Source: Octopus bimaculoides
Lineage: Eukaryota
Direction: 5' to 3'
NCBI RefSeq assembly: GCF_001194135.2
Contig: NC_068984.1
Span: 31,470,879 to 31,534,878, forward strand
DNA: 64,000 nucleotides
Shown here: piece after piece, positions 39,220 to 50,850 of the stretch
Layout: each line of letters opens with the position of its first letter
Position numbering within the stretch: the stretch's first letter is position 1
Notes under the pieces: model-generated
The model's database searches: none
What the model was told of the DNA's origin: nothing
Seen by the model: the letters and a program-made list of their open reading frames with translations, nothing else
Program-made: the position numbers and the translations under genes

Positions 39220-39432
39220 AGGCAGCAAGCTGGCAGAAACGTTATCACACCGGGTGAAATGCTTAGCGGTATTTCGTCTGTCTTTACGTTCTGAGTTCAA
39301 ATTCCGCCGAGGTCAACTTTGCCTTCCATTCTTCCAGGGTCGATAAATTTAGTACTGATTGCGTACTGGGGTCAATTTAATTGACTGGCTCCCTCTCCAA
39401 AAATTTCAGGCTTTCTGCCTAGAGTAGAAAAG
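39220..39432 (+). mobile_element. SINE family C with 17-bp TSD
   Basis: AATATTAATAATGTCTA (39203-39219) / AATATTAATAACGTCTA (39433-39449), one CpG-type mismatch. Confidence 0.9.
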
Positions 39433-40515
39433 AATATTAATAACGTCTATTATGGTTTATTCTAATAAATTTAATTATGGTTGTGATGGTGGGGTTGTCA
39501 CGGAGACAAATTTCTGGAATGTCAATGCAGCCAAAGAATTTCTGCTTTTGCTTCTCATTTCATTTGCATTTATTTATTCACAATTACTTATTTCAGAAAT
39601 GCATGAAGATCACAACACGTTGTTTTCTATATATTTAAGACCTTGTATATGTGTATAGAATCAATAAATTTACAATGGTATATTGATTAGTATTATTATT
39701 TCTTTTTAATAAAGATTTCTTATTCATTTTAGAATCTTTTATTACATTACAAATGGTATATTCCATTAATTTCCAATCTGTACTAGTTAGTTGTGATCAA
39801 TAACTGACTAAAAGCTAATGTGAATTGCTAATAACTCTTGTATTCCATATCATATGACCTCACACCCCAAACATCACTCCAGCCTTTATGCAGTGCATCC
39901 AATTTATAAACTAATCAATATGAACATCCAATTATATAGAGAGTGTATGGATAGAATTTTTGATTACTTCTCTAAATTCCTTTACACCTTCTGTTTTCTA
40001 TATTGTGTGTGTGTGTGTGTGTTTTTGAGTGAACAGGTTATTTTGTTTAACATCTACTATATTTCCCTGTTAAATATCTTTTAGAGCTAGTGTTGGTATT
40101 TTGTTCCATGTTAGATATGATCAAACTATGACCAGTCCATTCTATTTCAAACAATGTAATCAAAACATTATCCAATGAGTCCTTTCTTTTATAAATATTT
40201 TGGAGAACAATTTGAGAGAAATTAAACTGTGTTTTCTTGCAGAGAGGGCAGCCACCCAGAGCCTCCATTGTTGGCTAACTGTAGGTGCAAGGAGTTTTTA
40301 TAGATCATTTTCCTGCAGTGTATCTAACAGCTGAATGATGTCAGTCATTCCGTGACCAATGCAATTATATTCTTTGGCCAGGGAAATAACACATTTATTA
40401 TAGTGAACTTTGAATTCAGTTATGATATTAATGGTCAGATTTACAATGGCTTGAACCCATTAAAATGGAAAAAGATTGCGCATATACAAATACACACACA
40501 CATACAGCTATATGA

Positions 40516-40554
<39 letters not shown>

Positions 40555-42074
40555 TATATATATATATATATGCACACACATTGCACTCTGGTTTTGTGAA
40601 GAACAGCTGAAAGTACTAAGCATGCACCCACAACATTAAACATGCTTCGCAGAAGAAACAGTGGCCATTGTATTTTAGGGACATTTTAAAGATAATCATC
40701 TATGGCCTTTCATTTGTATGCTCATTTGTAATCACGGAGGTGGTAGCAATCATTTTTAGCTATTTGATGCCACAATAAATTTTTGAAATGCCTTTGCAGT
40801 GTTTTTGCATCCCTTTTGGAGTGTCCTGTAAATTAATCAAAGAAACAGTCTAGTATAACAACGTTTAACCCCTTACAACAGTCTATAGCCCTCTCATCTC
40901 ATCTCATTCTATCTTATTTTACTTTATGCAATCTGTGTAATTATCTGGGAAAATTATTATAGAACACAAGTCTCTCAACAACCACAAATGTCAGAGAATA
41001 AAAACAAGGTTCCTACCCAAATGCATGAATAAATACCTAAGAGACTGATGAAATGAGACTATAAAAGAAAACAATATACTAAGATATGTACAATTATGGA
41101 AACACTACAGAAGTACGTATGCCATCTTGGTTATACAGCATGTTTGTACAGTTCACAAGTATGTTTAGAAACCTAGTGCACATGCATGCCATAAGCACTA
41201 GCATAATGAAATGGATGAAGATTTAAATGCCAGACTGCATGAAAATGCAAGTTGGTGTACTACTACTACTACTACTGTTGCTACTGCTGCTGCTGCTGCT
41301 GCTGCTGACGACGATGATGATGATGATAGTAATATATTATGCCATGAAACTGCTTGTATTTATTATTCATTATATATTACGTATTTACTTATGTTATGAT
41401 ACATTAATCTCAGATGCAATTATCTTCCTCCATAAATACTTTACATGTTAATGCATATTATTCCCAGCTGTACATAAAGACAAGTATAGGTTCCGTGCAT
41501 ATAATGATTCTCGCGGACGTTCACCAAGAAATATAGATGCCACAGGCTTTAGTACTAGCATGCTATAGATGTGTTAAAGAACTCTCTGAGTAAATTATTT
41601 CCTTTCACCATGTCCTATAGATTCATTGAACTTTGATACTTATTTTTCAATATCTGTTTTCGTATTCGAATTTTAAACCTCACAATCCATATTAACAGCA
41701 TAACTCTTAAAGATTTATCCTGAACAAATTTATATATACACTACGTTCAGAAATGAGGACTTTTTCCATTTGGGTATATATATATATATATATATNNNNN
41801 NNNNNNNNNNNNNNNNNNNNNNNNNNNNNNNNNNNNNNNNNNNNNNNNNNNNNNNNNNNNNNNNNNNNNNNNNNNNNNNNNNNNNNNNNNNNNNNNNNNN
41901 NNNNNNNNNNNNNNNNNNNNNNNNNNNNNNNNNNNNNNNNNNNNNNNNNNNNNNNNNNNNNNNNNNNNNNNNNNNNNNNNNNNNNNNNNNNNNNNNNNNN
42001 NNNNNNNNNNNNNNNNNNNNNNNNNNNNNNNNNNNNNNNNNNNNNNNNNNNNNNNNNNNNNNNNNNNNNNNNNN

Positions 42075-42583
42075 CTTTTTAAAAAAAAAAACGATTTTTT
42101 AAAGTGAAGTGCAAGGCTTCATGTAGCGATTGTGGTGTTAAAAATTAGTTAACATAGATGTGTTAAAATATAGTGATAGTCTTTGACAACGATAAGAAAA
42201 TGTTAAGTGAGGCTTTGTGCTTAAGTAGATTACATAAAAGTCTTCAAAATAGGCAGTAAAATAAGTTTATAATTGTTTATAAGCTCATCAGAAATCATAA
42301 TTGTTTATAAGCATATATACAGAAAGAATTTGTAGACAGTATTTGATAGCAGAAAGCGTGTATTGCTTTGTCAAAAGTTCATCAGAAATCATAATTGTTT
42401 ATAAGGATTTTAGAGGAATGAGCGACCTTTTCTCTTCATCTCTTAATGTTTCTTAATATTTTCTTACCATTGTTAAAGGCTCTATCACTGTATTTTAATA
42501 CATCTATGTTAACTAATTTTTAACACCACAAAGGCTACACAAAGCCTTGCACTTTTCTTCTGAAAATCTTTTTTTAAAAAAAG
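42075..42583. mobile_element. Fold-back / long-TIR element, ~510 bp
   Basis: ~130-bp inverted arms (42075-42207 vs 42451-42583), e.g. gtgcaaggct...tgtggtgttaaaaattagttaacatagatgt; internal direct repeat tcatcagaaatcataattgtttataag twice. Confidence 0.85.
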
Positions 42584-42673
42584 TGAAACTGGTCAAGACA
42601 ATAAGCATCTTTTCAAATCTTCTTCCCTATATATTTTCCCTTGTGCAGTACCTTCCATTTTTACTCTGTTATG

Positions 42674-42705
<32 letters not shown>

Positions 42706-42859
42706 TGTATGTATGTATGAAAGGAGCTATGTAGTCACATATACATCACACTCAATGTATATATAGTGTTGATAGGCACGATGTCTGTTTCATAAATATG
42801 GTATTTTAAATACTCAATATATATAGAAACAAAACAATAAGTCATCCCAACAAGGATTT

Positions 42860-43430
42860 ACGAGAATTCCAGATGCAGTTCGGCTTTCTTGAGCATCATA
42901 GACAAGGCCCAAGACAGCAAAAATACATTTGGCTTTCTTGTGAATCATTCAGCTCAAATTTACTTAAGATCTTTGAGTCATTGATGAAGTTCTTCAATGT
43001 ATTTGTTGTTTTCAATGTTCTATTATGTTTCATGCCATCAAATATGCCTGAGGTATCATAATCCTTTAAGATCTCTGATAGGCGTCATAATGATGGAATA
43101 AGGACCTTATTCAACTGTTTGTAAGTGGAAGAAGTTTTCTTGCTGACTTTATATCAGGACATGTCCATTTTCTTCTTTTATTTTGATTGATAACCTTGAA
43201 ACCGACATGCCAGAAATAACAATCACCATAATGGTGCTTTTAATTTTATTGTGTTGATACACTTTCATGCAAACTTCTTTCCATTAGACCATTGTTACAA
43301 TTGGTTTGTGCACGTTTTATATATATAAAAAATCCTATGGCTTACTTTTAGTTTCCAAAGTGTATTTTAGAATAAACAAGATATGTCCTCTCCTCCTCAA
43401 ATATATCAGAAATAGCTTACTAAACTTAAA
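42860..43430 (-). pseudogene. CMC/Chapaev3-like transposase N-terminal fossil
   Basis: F*YI*G (FCYICG with both Cys->TGA), IYKTCTNQL*QWSNGK, HHYGDCYFWHVGFKVINQNKRRKWTCPDIKSARK, SKFELND, KKAEL match the Chapaev3 pattern FCYICG...CKTC..L.QW..G...NHHDDCYFC.V...N...KW.YPD..SARRP...ELNDL.RDL.L.K..AELL (from recall). Confidence 0.7.
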
Positions 43431-44599
43431 ATGCATAAAAAGCATGCACCTTATTTGCAAAGAAGGCATAATATATTTTGCATCAAGGAATCTGATAAAT
43501 AAATTAACTTAGATTTTGGAAAGGTCGTGAATAAAAACAAGACATAAGCTTACAATAACAATTTTTTATATATGAGATCTTGTTTAATATATTGTTCGAA
43601 AATGTATTTTTTCTGTTGACAGTTGTAGATGAGATAGAAACTGCTGGAATGGGTTGGTTGGCATAAACAACCAAATCACACATAAGAAGTATCAGTGTCT
43701 CCATTTTCTGAAATATACTTGAATAAGAAATCCTTTTATTTTCAGTGAATATCTGTACACTTATGGAAAACAAAATTCAAATTTTCAATACTTACAATTA
43801 AAATATTTTGGATTTGCTAGATAAGCAATATCTTACTTGTTCAATAAATTTAAAAGGTGAGTTTTGCTACATATGACACCTCTACTGAAAATGATGGATT
43901 GAGTAACACATATTTAAATATATTCCGGCTTTAAGTAAAAACATCAGAAACCTAAATGAGATTTAATGTAATTAATGCATTAATGTAATAATTGCTTAGA
44001 TTGAGATTCTCACTTGAAGAATGTCCATGGATTGATATGAGAATGGCATTAAATATAAAGTCCCTAAAATTAATAAAATAGGTAGCTGGAAACTCTAATT
44101 TCAGCATTTAACTTAATACATCACCATAGAAATGGATATATCCTGTTTTCAAACCAAGAACTGTTAAGGAAAATTTAGTCATATATTTAGAATCTGTACC
44201 TAAAATATCCCCAACAAAATAACAGGAATAACAATGAGGGCAACTGGATCCTTTTCTCTTCTTTTTGCCAGTTTTTTTTGGTTGCATTGTGTTATTTATG
44301 GGTGTCTATCGAATTTACGAAAATATTCTGATTTTCCTCTTGATTTTGTGATCTCTGTTAAAATTCAAAAGGAAATTAGTCTCTAAATTAAAAAAAACAA
44401 AAAAAAACTGATAACATTTTCAGATACAAAATAATGCTATAATATATATTACACTAATCCTTCAAAACTAAAACAGTGACAGATTAAAAACCAATAATTA
44501 ATCTCCAGAAAAATAACACTTGTCAATCATTTATAAGCAGAAACAGAAAAAATATAAAATGATAAAATTTCTCGTGTAGTATCTATTAGTGCTAGCAGT

Positions 44600-44780
44600 T
44601 TATATATACATACAGACATACATACAAACATACATACACACATACATGCATACATACATGCATACATACATACATACATACATACATACATACATACATA
44701 CATACATACATACATACATACATACATACACACATACATACATACATACATATAACACACACATATATATATACATATAT
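44600..44780. repeat. (TACA)n tetranucleotide array
   Basis: Direct reading. Confidence 0.97.
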
Positions 44781-45701
44781 GTGCAAGCTGCCACAATAAA
44801 CTAACAGCTTATTGACCACAGTATTTTCCATTGTTTTATCAAAGGGAAAAATCATAGTGCAAATGTCCTTCTTTCTACAGAGCCTTTGTGAAGAAAATCA
44901 TGTGTTATCCATATTTGGTAGATTTAAATCAAATGTTTGCAATAGACTGAAATTCTATAAAGGTATCCAAAGGCAGCGTGGTAATGTTAATCTGGAAGTA
45001 GATGAAATCTTTCAGTTAAGTTCATCCAAAACTTTTCCGCATTTCTCTTTCAGTTTTTCTTAGAATGTTCTATCCAAGCCCAATCCATAGCAGAAACGAC
45101 TTGCTAAGCTGAGGTGCAGCGAAATCGAACTTGAAATTATGTGAAAGAGAAACAAGTTGCTTAACCACATTACCATTTAAAACATCCCTGTCTAAGTTCA
45201 TATTTCAGCAAAATTACAGAATGGATATTGCTTTCCCAGAAGGAGTAACTGAATGTATATAGATATATGGGTATTCAGTGTTATTATAACATGCTTGCAT
45301 TCACATGAACAAGAATAGAAGAATGTCATTCCTTCCCTCTCTCCATTTTCTACTCTCTTTTATCTCTTTCTTCTCTTGTCCCTTTCCCAATCTCTTCCTC
45401 GCTACTGCATTTGTGTGCGTGCCTGTGTTATATATATCTATATATATATATATATATATANNNNNNNNNNNNNNNNNNNNNNNNNNNNNNNNNNNNNNNN
45501 NNNNNNNNNNNNNNNNNNNNNNNNNNNNNNNNNNNNNNNNNNNNNNNNNNNNNNNNNNNNNNNNNNNNNNNNNNNNNNNNNNNNNNNNNNNNNNNNNNNN
45601 NNNNNNNNNNNNNNNNNNNNNNNNNNNNNNNNNNNNNNNNNNNNNNNNNNNNNNNNNNNNNNNNNNNNNNNNNNNNNNNNNNNNNNNNNNNNNNNNNNNN
45701 N

Positions 45702-45749
<48 letters not shown>

Positions 45750-46589
45750 AATGTATGCACTTATAGATATTTATACATATATAGATGCATACACACACAC
45801 ACTTCAAGAATTTCTCTCAGAAATTGGATACCTAATCCAGATATAGATTTTATTCTGTTTTATGTATTTATATTTTTAATGAAAATCATTGTTGGTTTGC
45901 ATTCCTTAATGTGACACTCTGTAAAATGGGTGTGAGATATTATTGACAATCAATAATACTACCCATTATGATATAAAAGCAGCCACAATACAAAGAACAA
46001 GAAGAAGAAAAAAATAAAGGTTTAAGTTATTCTATTCACTGAGTTTCAGCCTGCACCACCAAACTTTTGTCTACTTTTACTTTCACTGCTGTTGATATCC
46101 AATAACAACATTGTTGCTAATTGTTAAAGCGGTTGACTCAATATTAAAAATGTTGGCGCCTTTGAGTCAAAGTGTCTTGTATTAATTTGTAATGGAATCC
46201 GAAGAGATGTTAAAAATCTTCTATCAAGTCTTCCAATTCACTGAGTAAGTTTTCAAGGCAACCTGATACCAAGTGGTGCAAAAACTCTCAGAAATTGAAA
46301 GGATATTTATTATGTGTAAGTATATAAACCACATAACATAAATACAATTATCATCAACATAAGCCAACGAAATCAACTATGCTGTCAAAAAACATAAATA
46401 TGGTAGAAGAGCTCTTGAGTATTGGTAATTTTATTTTAAAATCATCTAAGCGATGAAGAAATAAATTTGAAATTATTTTCAATCTCGCAGCTGAACATAC
46501 TTGCCACAAGTATGACTTGCTAACGTATACCATGTTTTTGCTAATAGTTTTAGGTGCCTATATAGTTGCATGAAGATATAAAAACTCAC

Positions 46590-46626
46590 CCACCCTTGGT
46601 CCAGAGGAACATCAGGTTTCAGACAA
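46590..46626 (-). CDS. Candidate 37-nt internal micro-exon, xCLKPDVPLDQGW
   Basis: Minus strand CTCTGTCTTTCTTTCCAG | exon | GTGAGT; only one of three frames is open. Protein not recognised. Confidence 0.45.
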
Positions 46627-47254
46627 CTGGAAAGAAAGACAGAGTTTTGAATTCTAAAATCAAAATTATTGTTATAATTATTTGAAAGGAAATTGGTAGA
46701 GATATTTACATGACTGTTTTGTCTTCTGTGAAGAAGTTTTGCATAGATATCTCTCATAAACAATATTAACATGAACATCCAATTTACTAAGGAATACAGC
46801 ACGGATAAATTGTACTTTTTAGCTATGTTACTTATAAAAAGCAAAATGGAATAGAATTGAGACAGATGTATATCATAAATCAGTAAATTCGAAGTAATAT
46901 TTGGTTTTTATTCCATGCTACCAAAGGCACACAAGATTCAATACCCTACTCCACACAATCTACTAAAAAAAAAAAAATTTTTTTTAAATGCACCACTAGA
47001 TCAAATTTGAACACTCAAAAGTGCAAGTGTGTTTAATAATATTCTGATTAGCAGACGTTATATACCATCATCAAGTAATAATGGAGTTGATATCAGGAAT
47101 TCAAGGACTGTGAAAACCAAAACAAATGTTTGAGCGTACATTTCAATCTAGAGCCCTAAGATACTGAGGTCTTTAATATAATTAAGCAAAATTTGAACAT
47201 GTTTAAACATGATCCTAAAATAAGGAGAGTTTTAGAAAAAACAACTAAGAAATG

Positions 47255-47465
47255 TGTTTGCCACTTAAATGCGGCTAACCCCTAATGTTGAATGCTACTG
47301 TAGCTTGTAGCCCCAAGAGAACATCTCCTCCAGCTGGCTACTGACACACTTTCTGTGCCCTGTCTGTATTTGCAAAGGGAAGCCAGCTGGAGGATGTGTT
47401 CTCCTGGGGCTACAAGCTACAGTAGCATTTACCCTTAGGGGTTAGCCGCATTTAAGTGGCAAACA
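47255..47465. mobile_element. 211-bp near-perfect palindromic MITE
   Basis: 85-bp arms (47255-47339, 47381-47465) with about 7 mismatches around a 41-bp loop. Confidence 0.9.
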
Positions 47466-47670
47466 TACTTCATGTTGTCGTGTAGCTACTGTTTATACCT
47501 CATTCAGAGATTTATTACAACTAAGAATTGATTAGAATAAAAAAAAACATCACATTCATTTGACAAACTTTTATCAAATATCCAACTACTTGAGCTGACT
47601 TGTGGTTTCCCAGTTGCTGACTTGGTTGTTGAAGCTGTGTTGGTGCCAGTAGGCCACATTTCGCAACATA

Positions 47671-47688
47671 TGCTGTCAGAAGTGGGAT
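47671..47688 (+). other. Primer-binding site, tRNA-Leu type
   Basis: TGCTGTCAGAAGTGGGAT, one mismatch from TGGTGTCAGAAGTGGGAT (complement of the tRNA-Leu 3' end AUCCCACUUCUGACACCA), 2 nt after the LTR CA. Confidence 0.85.
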
Positions 47689-47770
47689 CATTTCTTTTTT
47701 GCTGCTGTAGTCGGAAGGAGTGCGCATGAGGAGTCAGGCAGGGAAGGAAGAGGTGTCTCTGTCTGCAATC

Positions 47771-49060
47771 ATGGATAGATTGACTGAGTTTAAAGAAGAG
47801 CAAAAAGAGCAGCACATAGGTCTTCAGGAACTGCTGGACACATTCATGAGAAGAATGGAGAAGTATGAACATCAGTTGCCAGAGGGACAACAATAGTTCA
47901 AGAAAAGTGTACGTGAAGAAATTACAGCCGTACAGACGTTTGATGAATGATGATGTTACATGGCGCAAGCAACATGTCGACGAACAGTTGAAAATGTTTA
48001 ATAAAAGAATGGAGGCTGTTGAACGGTTTCGTGCTGCTGAGCCTCAGACTGATGCGCAGAGAGTGTGCGGAAATGGTGGACGACATATGCTGAATTTTGA
48101 GAATGGTCAAACCTCCAGCGGTGGTTCTTCATGCGTGGGTGTGCCTGCTGGTGGTCAGGAGGCAGTTTTGGATATTAGACAAAATCACGAGGCTCCAGTA
48201 TTTAGACCCCGATCCAGAGAAGTGCAAGGCTGCTGTAGAGTTCCCATTAAGAAGCCAAAAGAATTTGATGGCAAAGTATTATGGGAAGCCTACCGTATCT
48301 AGTTTGAGCTGCTGGCTGACCAGAGTGGCTGGGACGATAAGCAAAGAGTATTTCAGCTTGCTACAAGTCGAAAAGGTGCTGCACTAAAGGTGTTGAGCCA
48401 GTTGTCAGCGGAAGAAAGAAGCCGTTACTCTTCACTAGTTGAAGTATTACAGAGAGGATATGGCACGATATGCCAGAGTGAAATGCACAAGGCACGATTT
48501 CGAACACATGTAAGGGCTAGAGGGGGATCACTACAGCAGCTTGCTCATGACGCGGAGAGCGTGGAACTTAAGCAAATACTTGACCTTTTAGTTCTTCTGA
48601 AAGAGCATTTTATCGTCGCTCTGGGCAGTGCAGAGGTCAGTTCAAGTGAAACTGGCACAATCAAATATTATGCAAGATGCACTGGCTTGAACTCTGGAAT
48701 TTGAGTTTTATATAAGGTCTAGCGCAGGAAGTTTCCAGGTGGGCTACAATCCCGGATTCAAAGCAAGGATGGGGCAAGCACGTAAAGTAGGAAGATTTAA
48801 TGAAACTTGTGCTGCGAGAGGTTAGGACATAAAACAGAAAGCTGTTTGAAGAACAATAAATTGTTGGATGAAGTTGCTAGCACCGTGGGAAGCCACGACA
48901 CAAGAAGCAGTATTGGTATTATCTAGCCTGAAAAGAGAGCAAAAGCAGAACGATAGTAGAAAGTTTACATTTACGAGAGAGTGCAGGACATGTGGTGAAA
49001 AGGGACGTTTGAGTTTTGACTGCCCTGCACGAAAGGATAATAAGAAGATAACAAAAGATA
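47771..49060 (+). pseudogene. gag: Gypsy gag (disrupted)
   Basis: KKPKEFDGKVLWEAYRI*FELLADQSGWDDKQRVFQLATS..GAALKVLSQL...YSSLVEVLQRGYG..QSEMHKARF...SLQQLAHD; knuckle CRTCGEKGRLSFDC (His lost); several stops and frameshifts. Confidence 0.85.
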
Positions 49061-49149
49061 AATAGAAGGGGCTGGTGTTAACGGGCAACAGCCAGCCGAG
49101 TATCCCAAAGAAGCCTCACATTTGAGAGGATGTAAAAGGACTGTGATTG

Positions 49150-49850
49150 ACAGCATACAAGTGGATGGTCGAAATGACAGCCAGAAGATCCCCTTGCCAT
49201 TGATTCAGTCTCGGAGCAGAGTTTTGTGAGACCCAAGGTGTTACAGCATCGAGATCTACTAGAATCATCACAACATCAGTGTGGTGTTACCGGGTACTGT
49301 GCTGAAGAGAGGGGACTGGTTAATATCCAGATTGAAGTTTCAGGGTAAGCGGTCATGCTTCCTGTTTACGTGGTGGAGATGGAGGATCCTTGTCTTTCGA
49401 GTTTAGACTACTTCGCATCCATGGGGTGTCCGCTGAACTTCTGCTCCATGAAGCATTGGGTGCAAGGAAGAGCAGTCTTTGTTAAGGTGATAAAGCGGAC
49501 CACTGTTGGTGGTGAGATGAGAGCATTACGGACGACAGGGATTCCACCGAGATCGGAACTACTGCACCAGTGTAGTGTGCATGGCCCATTTGATGAATGT
49601 CTGAGGATGTAGGATGGGGTGATGAAGTGCTGGTTGTAGAGGCAAATTTCTCACGGGAGGCACAGAGGATTTGCAAAGGACAAATTGTGCATGTAAACCA
49701 CATGTGGAAGTACTATGAGCTTGGCCAGTTCAGCTGGGACCTCTCTGGGAGGTTGGAGACATCTGTTGACGACGTTACTGGGAAAGACCAAGTAGAAGAA
49801 GCGCAAGAGCAAGACAGTCACCGTAAGGACTGAAGCTATGATGTTTTATA
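49150..49850 (+). pseudogene. pol: Gypsy aspartic protease remnant fused to the integrase C-terminal tail
   Basis: IDSVSEQSFVRP (degenerate D-S/T-G site), CGVTGYCAEERGLVNIQI..., LPVYVVEMEDPCLSSLDY, VEANFSREAQRICKG|QIVHVNHMWKYYELGQFSWD, RSARARQSP; no RT, RNase H or IN core. Confidence 0.75.
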
Positions 49851-49887
49851 CTTTTTTATGGGTCGACAAAGGTATAGGGAGGAGGTA

Positions 49888-50369
49888 TGTTACGAAAGAG
49901 AAATATTCTGATAACTATAATTTCAAATGGTACTACTCGAAATCGAAATACTGTTATCTAGTTCTACAAAAGAAAACCAATAATGGATAAATAATTAATT
50001 CTAAGGAGAAATAATGTTCATTGATCATGTGACTGATTTAAATCACACTGCGCGTTTTCCTTTTGCACGCTTTTAGCTGTGAGGTGGAGTATTTAAACTA
50101 GTGGGCGAACATCGTTTTAGCGATGTGAACAGTGGGCGTGAAGTCAGGCGACTAGGAACTACAGTCAGAGTGAAGTTGGCAACGAAAACAGTCGGAGAAA
50201 AGATCCCATGTGACCAGTTGAAGTGCACCTGGGTGACGAAGGATCACATTTCGCAAGACATACAGCCGGGTACGGCTACATTCTTCCACTCTAAGCAAGT
50301 TAGCTTGCTAGGCTGGCCTACGATTTCTCAGCTGTTGGAGCTGTGTTGGTGTCAAGAGGCAGCATTTCG

Positions 50370-50374
<5 letters not shown>
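49888..50374 (+). mobile_element. 3' LTR (487 bp), preceded by PPT AGGGAGGAGG (49876-49885)
   Basis: TG...CA ends with 9-bp imperfect inverted repeat TGTTACGAA/TTCGCAACA. Confidence 0.88.
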
Positions 50375-50413
<39 letters not shown>

Positions 50414-50799
50414 NNNNNNNNNNNNNNNNNNNNNNNNNNNNNNNNNNNNNNNNNNNNNNNNNNNNNNNNNNNNNNNNNNNNNNNNNNNNNNNNNNNNNNN
50501 NNNNNNNNNNNNNNNNNNNNNNNNNNNNNNNNNNNNNNNNNNNNNNNNNNNNNNNNNNNNNNNNNNNNNNNNNNNNNNNNNNNNNNNNNNNNNNNNNNNN
50601 NNNNNNNNNNNNNNNNNNNNNNNNNNNNNNNNNNNNNNNNNNNNNNNNNNNNNNNNNNNNNNNNNNNNNNNNNNNNNNNNNNNNNNNNNNNNNNNNNNNN
50701 NNNNNNNNNNNNNNNNNNNNNNNNNNNNNNNNNNNNNNNNNNNNNNNNNNNNNNNNNNNNNNNNNNNNNNNNNNNNNNNNNNNNNNNNNNNNNNNNNNN

Positions 50800-50850
<51 letters not shown>

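Larger units (their letters stand above)
47610..50374 (+). mobile_element. Internally deleted Gypsy LTR retrotransposon (partial 5' LTR, PBS, gag, protease, IN tail, PPT, 3' LTR)
   Basis: LTR 3' ends ...gctgtgttggtg...catttcgcaaca at 47668 and 50374; PBS; gag and PR motifs; PPT; 3' LTR TGTTACGAA...TTCGCAACA. Confidence 0.9.
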
